Source: Lama guanicoe (Eukaryota). Taken from it: a stretch of DNA of 64,000 nucleotides. Shown here piece after piece: positions 51,050 to 63,611 of this stretch (the stretch's first letter is position 1; each line of letters opens with the position of its first letter). Both the position numbers and the translations under genes were made by a program. The stretch is from assembly GCA_013239625.1 (NCBI GenBank), contig MU053561.1, positions 64,826 through 128,825 of the forward strand, read 5' to 3'. Under the pieces are notes generated by a model. That model was not told where the DNA came from and searched no databases. It saw nothing but the letters and a program-made list of their open reading frames with translations.

Positions 51050-54000
51050 TGAGGAATGCAATTTTAGGGGAAGAGGAAGAGTCAGGGGAGGAGGCAGGTG
51101 AGAGGAGGAGAACACCTTCACACTATAGACCTGCCCAAAGATTATACAGATGAATCTAGAGTCTTTCTTCTCAGTATAGTTTTATAATGCACCAAAACAA
51201 AGCTTATAGAATCTCAGAGGATAATAAAATTAACTGAGGATTACCAACAGTGGGGGACTGTTAAGGCAGTAAGAGATTCTAAAGCAGTGCTGAGAATGAT
51301 TCAGAGAGCTGGTCCTGAGGTCTTAGCTCAGTCAGGAGATGAATGAAGAGCAGATGGCCTGGAAGACATGAAGGAATGGAGGACCTGGAGTAAATGATAA
51401 GGTAAACTGAATATTCAGAGAGTGAGGAGATGGGGGACTGGACACTGCGGTCAGGGGATATAATTTCTGAGTTAAAAATCCTAAAGATAGAGAATCTGGA
51501 GTGACGATGGGCTACAAAGAAGGGCTTTGCTTATGGTGTACTGAAGTGAATTAGAGTTAAGGAACCATGAGGTCAAGTTAAAACAGTAATATATACTTAT
51601 GCCTTGGGACCTGTCTAGAATGTCAGCAGCTTGAAGGTAGGGTTTTTATCTCATTCTCTATCATGTACCCAGCATTTAAGAAGTCTAGATCATAACAGAA
51701 ATTTGGTGCCTATTTCTTAAACATCAAATAAATACAATTTGAATGTATAATGGCATCAAGCTTTGATAACCTGTGGATCCATTCCATAGAAAGGAGACAC
51801 CTACCAAACAGATATTCACATGAGCCTTGCAGGGAATGTTCTCTAGGAAGTTCTTCATTGAGGATCTGCTATATGCTAGAAACATTGTTAAGATACTGAA
51901 GATTTAGAGACAAAAGACAGCCCTTTTTTTCAAGTAAACTTATAGAGTATGGAAACTACCAATTAAACCAACCAGCTGCATGCAATAATGGGGAAGGCAG
52001 AGTGTACTCTGGATACAGAGAACACCCAGAACTAGGTTCCAAAAATAATTCTGAAAGGAGGTAATGCTGAAACTAACCTCTAAAGGGTAAACAAAGTTAT
52101 CTTAGCAAAGGCAAGGCTAGGTGTGTAGGTGGGAACAACTGGTAGACTAGGGCCCACTCATAATAATTTTAGCTCAGGGTGAGTAAAGAGACACTCTACA
52201 GCCAGCTACCTAGTCTGCTGGCAATAATGCTGCTCCCATGATACCAATAATCTGGAAACCTATAAATACTGCACAGAAGAATCTTTTCTAAAACCAACTC
52301 AGCTCCAAACTTTACATGTTGTCACTTGGTAGAATAAATGTAAATTTCTTTCTGCTGTAGAAACATATATTGACTTAGTTTTAAAGCAGCCTTTACTAAA
52401 CTCTTAAAACATATCTTTAATAAGAGGTATTATCCATAATCCCATAACCAAACACAGCATCTATTTTCTTCTCTCCTTGCAATAAACATCCTAACATGTA
52501 TGGATAATTTTGATGTAATTTATATCCATTTTTACTTTCTTATATTGCAATTTTCTGTTTATTACTATTTCAGGAAATACTTTAAGATGGTGATAGATTA
52601 ATAGTGACAGTGAAACATTTTACTCTAGAGAGGGGTAAAAACTGAGAATGTTGCTTCTGATTCACCTGGGATTATCTAATCTAGGATATGTCACCTTATA
52701 TCAGTGTGCCTCCACTTTCCCTTCTGCAACAATAGGGACTCAGGTATTGATTAAATGAAATATCTTTCACATTAATATGAGTTTCAGGAGTCTTAAACCC
52801 TAAGGAAGTTGCAATATATTTTCAAGAACTAGAAATGTTTGACATAGTTAATTTACCTCTGAACATCCAGCATTCAAAAATAATCTTATGGAGGAAGAGG
52901 TATGATGTACCTAGACGTTTAATCAAGTATTAATCATAATAATTAAAAGTTGGAAACTTAGAGGACTCTATCAGGTAATGATTAAGTAAAACATTATAAT
53001 ACCACATGACATGTTATTCCACATTATGAATAATTCAATTCCACATTATGAAATGGAAAATAAATATATTATGAAATTGCATGAAATGCTAGAAATTATT
53101 CCATTTTCTTTGTCAGTCAATGTTTTCTACATATCAGCAGTTATTGCTTCTTTACACGCCTTCTACCTTGGCCGTGATAAGAAGACACCAGTTGCAGGTT
53201 ACCTTTTCCCTAGTTGATCTTGAAAAAACAAAGCGAGAAAGACGTTTCTGTAGAGTGAAACAAGCAGAAAATGAATGGAGATAATGAGAGATGCTAAGGA
53301 GAAATATATTAGAAACTATTAAAGTGCTATGGAAATACAGATAGTTGTGCTGCTGGTATTACTATAATAGTCTAGGACTAATGAAATGCTTCAGCCATGA
53401 GGAAAAAAAAAATGAAAATTCAGATCGTGCTTGTCCTGATGACGACAAAACTCAGAAGATGCTCTGAGACAGAGGAAAACAAGTCCTCAGTGCTTCTGAA
53501 TGCTTTAAAATAAAATTGGCTACAGCTACCTTGGGTCACCATGACATCTCTTTTATTCTGGACTTTCTTCTAACTTTAAACGCTATTTGAATTTTTGCCA
53601 GGGACAACTTGTGGAATGTTCTGAGCCCAGTTTGGAATTTTATTTATAAAATAGGGCCCATTTCAATAGGGTGAATGGATGGCTACTCCACATAGCCTTG
53701 TATAAATTACCACTGAGTCACCCAGAACGGAGGGGGCACTCTAAGGAGGGTCAGCCAACTTCTCCTTTCAGAGCCAGGAACAGCCATTTCCCAGTCTGCT
53801 GGTGTTCTAGATCCAGCCTTAGAATGTAAGCTGGAAGAAGAAAGAGGGGGTCCAGTCTGATCCAGTATGTGGTAAATAAGCAAGTGGTGGTGATTGAGAT
53901 AAATTCCTCAGGCCTGAAGCGCAGGCCTATTTAAAAGCAGATCAGAGTCACAAAGGCAGAGATTTTCGTCCTCCAAATGCAGAAAATTAATTGTTAGAAG

Positions 54001-54810
54001 TGCTGAATGTTAAACAGGAAATCCAACATCCAGTCATGCTTCAATTATAGAATTATGAAAAGGAGCATTTTCCTAATAAAAAGCGATGTATGCAAAGCAG
54101 CAGCGTCATGGTAAGCAAAGATACCAGAATCAACCAGACTTTTGTGGTCCAGCACTTAGTTAACCTCTAGCTTCAGCTGCCACATGTATAAAATGGGGAG
54201 AAATGCCATGTCTGGTTGTTACTGTGCATCAGTAAACAGAACCCTGTGGTAACTTACCACCAATTCAGGGAGAAATAAATGCCCCTGTTTTCTTTAGGCT
54301 GAGAGTTAATACCGAGCAGAATCAGTGCTATCTATCAAATAAGCTATCAATGGGTATCTTTTGACTGCATTGTAACTATGGTAAACGGGCATCTTGTCTT
54401 ACTTTGAAAGCTATACTTTATGTGAAAGAGGAGAAACAAAATTTTTAAGTTTACAATTTTGAGACTGAATCACTATTTTTCTTAGATATTATTTCCTTTC
54501 TCCAAATGTTCACAGCCACAGCAGGCAAATACAATTAATACTTGCATTTTATTAAATCAAATCACAGGGTAATAGAAAACAAAACAAAACAGACCAATTA
54601 ATTTGCTTTCTTTTTCTAACCTTCAGTCTTAAAGATAGCCCTTAGATATTCCAAGTTCACTTTTTCTTGAGTTATTTGTTCAAGGAAGTTGTATAAGGTT
54701 CGTATATGATTTGATTGACTTTTACTCAGCTTTCCCATCTGCTAGAAACAAGAACATTTCCATGTAAAAGGTAAAGAGAATTAGTAATGCCTTTTTCCAG
54801 TATTTAACAG

Positions 54811-55281
54811 TATGGCAGGCTGAATAATGGCTCTCCAAAGAAGTCCACATTCCTACTCTCTGGAACCTGTGAATGTGCCACTTTACATGGCAAAAGGGAC
54901 TTTCGGATGTCATTAAGAATTCTGATATGGGGGAGATTATCCTGGAATACCCCATTGGGCCCAACGTAATCACAAGGCTCCTTGAGAGAGACTGAGACAT
55001 ACAGAAGAGTCAGAATGAGAGGAGGAGGTGAGATGAAGGAACAGAGGTTGTAGTGATGCCACTGCTGGAAAGAGGCCATGAACCAAGGGATGTGGACAGC
55101 TTCTTGAAGCTGGAAAAGGCAAGGAATGGATTCTTCCCTAGAGCCTCCAGGAGAAATACAGTCCTGCTGACCCTTTCATTTTAACCTAGAAGATCAATTT
55201 TCAGACTTCTGGCCTCCAGGGCTGCAAGATAATACATTTGTGTTGCTCTAAGCCACTGAGTTTGTGGTAATTTGTTACAAC
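54811..55281 (+). mobile_element. MaLR LTR (MLT1C/D-type)
   Basis: ggcaggctgaataatggc...ttacatggcaaaagggactt...gtggtaatttgttacaacagcaaaaggaaactaataca. Confidence 0.8.
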
Positions 55282-56290
55282 AGCAAAAGGAAACTAATAC
55301 AAGCAGGGACCCTGAAACACCCACACCACTCTAGGGAGTTGTTAGTCCAGATTCACGAATGCTAAAAATTTATAGCAGTAGAAGCTGTTTGCCTGATTCA
55401 TACCAGACAATGAAGTGAGCAAAACTACCTTCATCACCAGGTTCCTTGTCATCTCCATGAGGTGACAGCTCTTACCCGATTCATGGATAACAGTTCGATT
55501 AGGGACCAAGCCAGCTTCTTGTTAAGGCCATTGTAACCATGGGAAATCTGCTATTCCAGAACCAACTATGCTCTCCCCAAATGATTTAACCAGAGTCTAG
55601 CAACAGTCAGACAACACTCCTGGGGACAAATACTCCCATTGACTTGTAGCAGGGCAGAAGATGGACAGCTGTTAATAGGGGACACTAAGTCTGAGAACCC
55701 AAATACTCAGCACCTTGTCCTTTGTGGGCAGAATTAGCAAGATAAAGGGTGTGGGGGCTCGTGTGGAGAACTCGTCACAGAGGGGAATTTCCAGAATGGC
55801 CAAGAATGGAATTTGGGAATAGAATCATAGTCTTAAGCTTAAGCATAGTCAGGATAAGTAGCTGGCTTCAGAACCAACTCAGAAACCAAATCACCTTCAG
55901 GACTCAATTCAAGTGAAGCAACTAAGAGCATAGGCTTTGGAATTAGATCGTTCCAGACTATATTTCTTGCTGTGCGTGTTATCTGAGCAAATTATTTAAG
56001 CTCTTTAAAGTTCAATTTTCTTGTCTTAAAAATGAGTATAATATTTATCTCATATGGTTGTGAGGATTAAGCGACATAAACCATGCAAAGGGATTAACAC
56101 ACAAGCTAGTAAATGCAAGCTTATTATAAATGGTAGCCTTATATTTAATTTTTATTCTGTGAATCCTCCAAGTTGTGCATCTCCACTGTGCTCCCAGAGC
56201 AGCCAATACACATATCTGCCTTAGCCTTTATTAGAATTATAGCCAAGAAAGTAAAACTCTCATAGGCAGAAGCCATCTCATTCATTGTTT

Positions 56291-56469
56291 TTGTTTATTT
56301 TTGTTTGGTTTTTTAAAATTTACTTTTTTAATCTTTACTTTACTTTATTTTTGAGGGGGGAGGTAATTAGGTTTCTTCATGTTTATTTATTTATTTTTAA
56401 TGGAGGTAATGGGGATGGAACCCAGGACCTCATGCATGCTAAGCATGTGCTCTACCACTGAGTCTCCCC
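56291..56469 (-). mobile_element. tRNA-Ala-derived SINE
   Basis: tRNA head with a small deletion near the A box; TSD ctcattcattgttt. Confidence 0.87.
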
Positions 56470-56819
56470 CTCATTCATTGTTTAACTCTTAACATTCAGC
56501 ACAGTGCCTTGCCTGTATTGGGCTCACATTTAAAATAAACGCTTATGAACTGACCTTAGTTTCAAGGTAGGAAGTATCTGAGACATTGGTTACGATATAA
56601 GATTATAGGATTTTTCCATCTGTAACCCATGAGGTGGTGAAATAATTGAGTCACACAAGCATTTTTCTTTTTAAAGGAAAAGCATAGGATGGAAAAGATC
56701 AGAGTACAACACATATCAAGGTTGACTACTGTTACATTTTGTTTCAGTTACATATGGGATTGTACTTGGCTGCAATATAAATACATTTCTTACTGAAGGT
56801 AGGGATTTTTTAAAAAGTG

Positions 56820-57560
56820 TGAACATCCTGAGTCTTCTGTCTCACCAACATTTGACATTTTCTGTCTTCTTCGTTTCAGCCATTCCGATATGTTACAGTG
56901 GTATGGCATTGTGGTTCTAATCTGCATTTCTCTGATGACTAGTAGTGTGGAGCACCTTTACAGTGTATCTCAGCCCTTCCTTCTCAGCAGATATCTTCTT
57001 TCTAAGCACTTTAGAAAATTATTTGGAAGTATCTACTAAAGCTGAACATGCATTTCCTAGTACCCTGCAATTCTACGTCTATGTATTTACCCAACAGAAA
57101 TGTGTATATGTGTTTACCAAAAGGCACATCCAGGAGTATTCACAGCAATGCTATTCATAATAGTTCCAAACTAGAAATTGCCCAAATGCTTCTTAACAAC
57201 AGAATGGACAAATACATTGATATATTTAAATACAGTGGAATCCTACAGAGAAGCAAGAATGAGTGAACTACACTACACACAACAATGTGGAAGAATCCCG
57301 CAACATACGAGTAAGTGAAAGAAGCCAGATACAAAAGAGTACACTGGATACTTTCACTTACATTAAGTTCAAAACCAGGCCAAACTAATCTATGGTGTTA
57401 AAAGTTACGATGATGGTTATCCTTGGGGTCACAAGAGCTTCAGGCATGCTGGTTATGTTCTCTTTCTTGATCTTAGTACTCACTACATGGGTATACTCAG
57501 TTTGTGAAATTAATTGAACTATAAACATGTGACTTGTGATTTTCTAAATTATTTCTGAAT
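56820..57560. mobile_element. Old L1M fragments (minus piece about 56820-56960, plus piece about 57005-57560)
   Basis: atggcattgtggttctaatctgcatttctctgatgact (minus); gtaagtgaaagaagccagatacaaaagagtaca (plus). Confidence 0.65.
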
Positions 57561-59096
57561 TTGTCTTAAATTGCCACATTTAAAGTCCAAAAAAGTTAAT
57601 AAATAATACTTTTTTTAAAGTGTGAAAAGCACTGACAGAGAGCAAGAATCCTTGATACACTCACCCTTTCTACCATCAAGTGGTCACCCAGCCTTTGCTT
57701 GAATAAATTCCAGGGTCAGGAAGCTACTTACTATCCAGGCAGGTCACCTGTTAGAAAGTTTTTCCTTTACACTAAGCCATAACTTGCCTCCACACAACTT
57801 GCTCCAGTTGGTTGTTCTGTCCTCCTAGGAGGTTCCAAATCAATCTAATCTGTCTACTACCCACTGCTCTTCAAATATCTGAAGGAAGCTTCCACATCTG
57901 GGCCCCCAACTCAAGTCTTGACCTCTCCAGACTAAAGAGCCCTAGGCCCTTTGGTCACTCCTCAAGTATGGTTCTCAGTCCCCTCATGTCTCTTGATTGC
58001 ACTTCTTTTATCTAGTGATGCCCAGAACAGAGCACGGTCTTCTAGGAGAGCCTAGAAGAGCAGAAAGAGCAAAAAGTAGAATCATCACTTGTAAATCTAG
58101 ATAGTGTACTTTCTTATCAACACAGCCTAAGCTTAAAGTTCACATTACACAGTTCACTCCTGTTGAACAATCAGCTAAAAGCCCCCAGGTCTTTTTCACA
58201 AGTACCGTTAAGCCCCACGTTTACCTTCTTGTTAGGACAGTCTGCCCTCTGTTAGGACTCAGAACACTCATTTGGCCCCACTCCAATTCCCCAAAGCTAA
58301 ATCTTGGAGATGGAGGAGTATCTGTTATGGAAACACCTCTGAATACAGTCTTTCCACTGCCCTCCCACTAAAAACCAAAAATGAAGTCTTTGTCTTAATA
58401 CATCATCTCTTATCCTTGAATGAGCTCCATTTTAAAGTATATTGAGGGGAAGCAATGGGGGCATGGAGGAAGCACAGTTCCACCCAGCATCTCCAAAATC
58501 TGACCCAAAAGCAGCTGTTGCCCCGACCTCAACAAAGCCTGAGCAATGATGGGCACCCTCCTCTCTTTCCTTCTCCTTTCCTCTCCCAAAGTCAGCTTCA
58601 ACTGGAGATGACCGCTGGTAGGTTTTGTTCACTTGGTCCGATGCCTTTGTGTGACTAGTAGGGGGTGAGGTTGAGAAGGAAAACGTGGCAGGGTGAGAAG
58701 GAATCTGATATTTTTCAAGGTATCTGAAATCAAAGGTATCTCTAAAGAAAGAACTGGGGGACATCCCTCTTATCTGCGAAACAAGGAGAAGACAGAGAAA
58801 CATTTCTACATAAACTTCCAGGCAGCTTCACTGGGTATTTTTAATATCAAGACTAGATGGAAGGGAGATTCATTAAGCAAGGAAAACACCAGAAAACAGA
58901 ACATGTGCAGGAGGACCAAGAGAACTGGGCTGGGAATTAGGGAGAAGGAGGCGATCAAAAAGAGAAGCTTGCAAAAGCCCCTAGTGGTGAGGGGCGACCT
59001 CTCCAAAAGGGCGCAGGGGTAGTGGTGCGGGGGAGGGACGCCGAATCCGGAACGCGGGGGGCGGGAGCGAGCTGGGGGGAGAAGCGGCTCACCTAC

Positions 59097-59116
59097 CTCG
59101 TCCACGTCTGCTCCAT
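59097..59116 (-). CDS. PDE4DIP: PDE4DIP/myomegalin long N-terminal isoform, first coding exon (MEQTWT + first 2 nt of R)
   Basis: ATG at 59116 (aaaATGG, strong context), ends ACG AG|gtaggt. The phase-2 end joins the exon at 43021 (AG+A = Arg) to give MEQTWTRDYFAEDD, which I recall as the N-terminus of a mammalian PDE4DIP isoform. Lies in a CpG island. Confidence 0.85.
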
Positions 59117-59151
59117 TTTCCAGGCGCTGTCCTTCCTCGCAGGGCGCTCCT

Positions 59152-59500
59152 CACCCGGGAGGGGAAGCAGCCTGGGAAAAATGAGAAGCCTGGCCCACGA
59201 ATCTCCAGCGCAAAGAGCCTTTTCCTCCCCAGCTCCCTCCTTCTGTGCCGGCGAAGAGAGAGCTCTGCTCCCTGCTTTTTTAGAAAACCGATTTGACGTG
59301 GCCAAACCTCCGGCGAACGGTGCTACACCCGGGAGGGGAAGCAGCCTGGGAAAATGAGAAGCCTGGCCCACGAATCTCCAGCGCAAAGAGCCTTTTCCTC
59401 CCCAGCTCCCTCCTTCTGTGCCGGCGAAGAGAGAGCTCTGCTCCCTGCTTTTTTAGAAAACCGATTTGACGTGGCCAAACCTCCGGCGAACGGTGCTACA
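59152..59500. repeat. Tandem duplication, two copies of about 174 bp
   Basis: cacccgggagggg...cggtgctaca at 59152-59327 and 59326-59500. The copies differ only by one A in gggaaaa(a)tgag and share CA at the junction. Confidence 0.97.
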
Positions 59501-62221
59501 GGCACAAGGGAGGGACTGTTCTCAGGAGGAAGCTGGACGTGGAGCGGAGCGGCGCCCGGAGCCGTTTGGGGAGCTGGGGCCAGAGGCAGCCCGGCGGTGC
59601 GCGCACACACTCCCAGGCTGAGACACGACTGGCTGGCACGAGTTGCTCGGCACCAGCTGAGCTGTCAACCGCGAGGGGAGGCGGGGCTCCCCACCGCCGC
59701 TGCGCTGGGGCTGAGCCGGCCCAGGTTCCCCGCTTCTGAACACACCCTCCGGCCTTCCCTGCCTGGATGATGTTGGCAGAAGAGGGCTTAGAGGACGCCG
59801 TACTGAGAAGCCCTCTGTCCCTCTCCTGTCCTGCTGAGGGGCTTTGGAAAAAAGCGATCAGTTGTCGGGAAGACTTGGAGAGGGGGTCCTCTCGTGTGCC
59901 TGCATCACCCCACCCGCAGGTAACCCCAGGGCCAGTGCTAGAGTCTAGGAAGGCTTGGGGTGCCATCCGGGCTGACTGCAGATGCACACACTAAACGGTC
60001 AGAGGACATGATACTGTTTTCCTGGAGATCTGCTGTGTCTGTCTCAGGCGCCCAGGAACTTTCCTCAGAAAGGGCAGCATCCTTACAAAACCTTGCAGCC
60101 TTTTTAGCTGCCTCCATCTCAGACATCCCCTGATTTTATGGTATCCTATCTCCCTGGGTTTCAATTTCCCAAACACAGAGGTACTGTGCTCTTCCACTAG
60201 CTTCAAGAGGGTAGAGGTTTCTTGAACTTCCCAGAACACTAGAAAAGCTTCAAGATAGTGGCCATCAGAACCGAGAATCTCCCCTGTATCTGTTCTAAGA
60301 TCATGGAAAAGGGCTCTTTGGAGAAGGCGCTGCTTGAGACCCTGTATCATCTATTTATGTAACAAAGTTTAGACAAGTCAGACATGCTATAATTAACGTG
60401 CTTACAGCCTTGAAGCTCCTTTTTAGCTCTAAAATAAAACCTTTTTATTAAATGACATAATCACTGTTATTATTAGCATTACCACTGACCTTTTTTAATT
60501 TGCAGAAAGCTTTACAGTGCCCACATGTGGCAAAGTTGACTTAGCTATATTTGTTCCACAGATGATAAATTTGAGACCCAAAAGGCTCAAAATGTCTGTT
60601 AAGGTTCTAATACAGGTTGTCTTCTACATAGTGTGGTCCCAGAGACGTGTCCTCTGAAGAAAAGACCAACAAGCCTTCTCTAGAACAAGCCGATTCTCTC
60701 AGGTATCCTAAGAATTTTAACTCAGGAAGGACCCTAGCATGCCTGAGTATTGGTGAGACTGTGGGGAGCCTGTATTCTTGAAAGCAAACCATCATCCTGG
60801 CTCCCCTCTCTTGGATTAGTTCCCCTAATTATCAGTACAGAATAGGGGTTGGGAGGGCAAGATAACATTAAAACATTTGAGAGTTCAGAAATGTCTAAAA
60901 GGCCTCTAATCTAGAATCTCCCAACCTCAGCACAGCTTGTACGTAAGACCACACTACTCCTGAGCTTAGAACGTTTCCAGGAAATGTTTCAAGCTCCAGT
61001 TTGACCTGAGACAAGGCTCACAGGTTACCTGTGTTGGAAAGATTCTTCAGCTGCCTCTGAAGACAAAAATAGAAAAAAAAAGGAGTGGGGCAGGGAGAGT
61101 CAGATATCCATCTTCCATACCAAAGTTGGTGCTATATTTAGTTTTGTCTCAAATCAAATTATGGGCTACTGAGTTTGGAGAGGAACTCTGTCTACAGCCA
61201 GACATGTGCTGCATTCAAGAAATTATAGCATTAACTAGATAAACAGTGGAGTCTCAGAAGTGAGACTAGAAAATGTGCTCATTTATTTTTAAAATAACTT
61301 TTTTTACAAAGTTCATAACACGTTAATTGTAAAAGATTTGAAAAATATAGAAAAGTATATAGAAAGTAAACTACCCATAATACCCAGATGTAACTAGTGT
61401 TAAAAGTTTCTTTCCAGTCTTTTAAAAGTATATCATCTAACCCAAACACTGAGTCTCTCTTACACATCTAAGAGTATATTATTGAAAAAAGGAATGTCTT
61501 TTTTGCTTTTAAAATTACATTTATTGTCAAAAGAACTAACTTTTGTCTTATATTTTAAAAGAAAAATATTCACTCCTATATCCACTCCTCCAGCACAACT
61601 GTTTAAATTTCTCCATATTCCCTACAATCATCATCCATATATATTACATATCTATTTGTATAGTTATAATTATGTACAGTTTATACATGTTTCTATTCTT
61701 CTTTTTTCATTTATTGGATATTTATCCATGTTGTTAGAGAATGTTAATATTTGCTATTCTAATGATTATATATTATATCATACCAATATAACCATAGTTT
61801 ATTTAATAATATTCTATTACTGCATAGTTATACTGTTTCTAATATTAGACAATAAACGATGTCTTAATGAAGTTTTCCTACCTTCATTATTTTATTCTTT
61901 TGAATTATTTCCCTGGTATAACTTCTTAAGGTATAGGAATTTTACAGTAAAAGGACCTTCTAATTTTATCATATTTTATAGCCTCAAGAGCACTAGGAGT
62001 TATCATTTTAATTTTTCCTTATTTAATAGATAAGAAATAATTTAATAGTTGTAAGATATTTTAGATCTCTCTCTATATCTACCTAGCATATAAATAATTT
62101 AATATCATCTCATTTTACTTTATATTTATCAGAATACTAACTAGAAAGTTCCTATTTCATATGCTTACTTGCAAACCGTTGTCTGTAGTAGCTAGTCACG
62201 AAATCCCACTGTGTTGAGTCA

Positions 62222-62635
62222 TTGTATTAGTTCTCTTTTCACTGAAACAATGCTGCTTAACAAAGAGCTCTCAAATCTCAGCATTGTACAACAAACATCC
62301 AGTCCCACTCAAGGACCTGTGGTTCAAGTATGGGTTGGGTGGGCATAGGTTCAAGTCTGCTCTGTGTATCTCTCATTCCAGGACCCACACTGAAGAAGTG
62401 GCTACCTGGGGAATATTCTTCTCATGGTAGAGAGTACAAGAGTGTAAGAGAGTTGGCAGAGACTTGTGATGTCTCAAAGTCTCTGCTCAGAACTGACACA
62501 TTGTCCTTTCTGCTATATTCCATTCCCTAAAGTAAGTCACATGGCCAAGTCCAGAGTCATTAGCACAGAAAAGTGTACTCTGCACAGAGTGCAGAAGGGG
62601 TGAGTATTTGTGGAACAACAATACAATCTACCAGT
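62222..62635 (-). mobile_element. Old MaLR LTR (MLT1H-J-like)
   Basis: tgtattagtt...acaatgctgcttaacaaa...aagtaagtcacatggccaagtcc...caatctacca. Confidence 0.6.
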
Positions 62636-62738
62636 TACTAAACGCTATCCTTTCTGGTTTTTTGTTAAGCTTTTCTCCTTGTGAATACTTGGTAGCTTTA
62701 TTCTTCTCCATTCCATTTAAAGTTAGGTATAGAGGGCA

Positions 62739-62773
62739 GGGAGGATATAACTCAAGTGCTAGAGCGCATGCTT
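62739..62773 (+). mobile_element. 5' half of a tRNA-Ala-derived SINE head
   Basis: gggaggatataactcaagtgctagagcgcatgctt, after which similarity stops. Confidence 0.65.
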
Positions 62774-63611
62774 CTCTCATGTCATAGGTCCCATGGATCA
62801 TTATGGTAGAAAGTCACACATCTTCCTCCTTGTGTATCTCTCCTGGTTTTCTGGATTAGAACCCAAAGAATCTGTATAGGTAATGTTGATAAATTAAACC
62901 AGTCATGTTATTCTTTCTGAGTGCACTGCTCCTGAACTGGTCAATTGATTATGCTTCAGGAAATGTATGAACTGATGACAAGGGACAAAGAATAGGAAGG
63001 TATTTCTGTCTTCATACTCAGCTCCAAACACTCCAAGGGGACTTTTACCTTCCATTTAGTTTTTCTATTATTTCTTTTCCCTTCCTCCTCTTCCCAGCTT
63101 GATTCTGGGTAATAGGGACTGTTAAGCTTGATGTGGATTACTCCATGCACTATGAGGCAATAATAAAAATAACTATGTCTAACTTATTTTTTGCCAGGTT
63201 CTCTTCTAAAAGTGTTATATGTACTGACTTTTCATCCTAAGAATGGTGTAATGAGGTAGGTTCTGGTCACCTCTGCTTTGTAAATGACACATGTGAGGCT
63301 CAGGGAGGTAAAGTAGATGGCCTAAGTATACAAAGCTGAGATTAGAAACCAGTTTAGGTCTAAAATGTCATGTCACTATGTGCATTGCTTCCCTAATTTT
63401 AACCCCTAACACTCACTGAGACTTAGATAGGAGGAAAATATGCCTGCAACCTCTGTCACTTCACTGACCACTACAGTTGACTCAGCTGACTTGGTTAATC
63501 AGTAGAAGTCTTCTTTGTCCCGCACAGCTCCATGTCCATGTCTCTAACCCTGGGTTTAAAAAGAAAGTCCTTTCCAAACAGAGAGGAATCATTCTGCAGG
63601 CAAGGACAAAG

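Larger units (their letters stand above)
59000..59800 (-). promoter_or_regulatory. PDE4DIP: CpG island / promoter of the MEQTWTR isoform
   Basis: CpG-dense region around the first exon, with GC-box-like ggggcggg/gaggcgggg and two TGACGTGG copies. Confidence 0.75.

Noticed and set aside
58693..59994. Cluster of overlapping 60-160 aa ORFs on both strands
   Set aside because: Expected from stop-poor GC-rich DNA, and the duplication explains the repeated peptides. Only MEQTWTR has splice support.
61482..62033. 183-aa ORF, the longest in the track
   Set aside because: AT-rich F/I/L/Y-biased sequence with a TTG start, resembling an old antisense L1 remnant. No recognisable domain.
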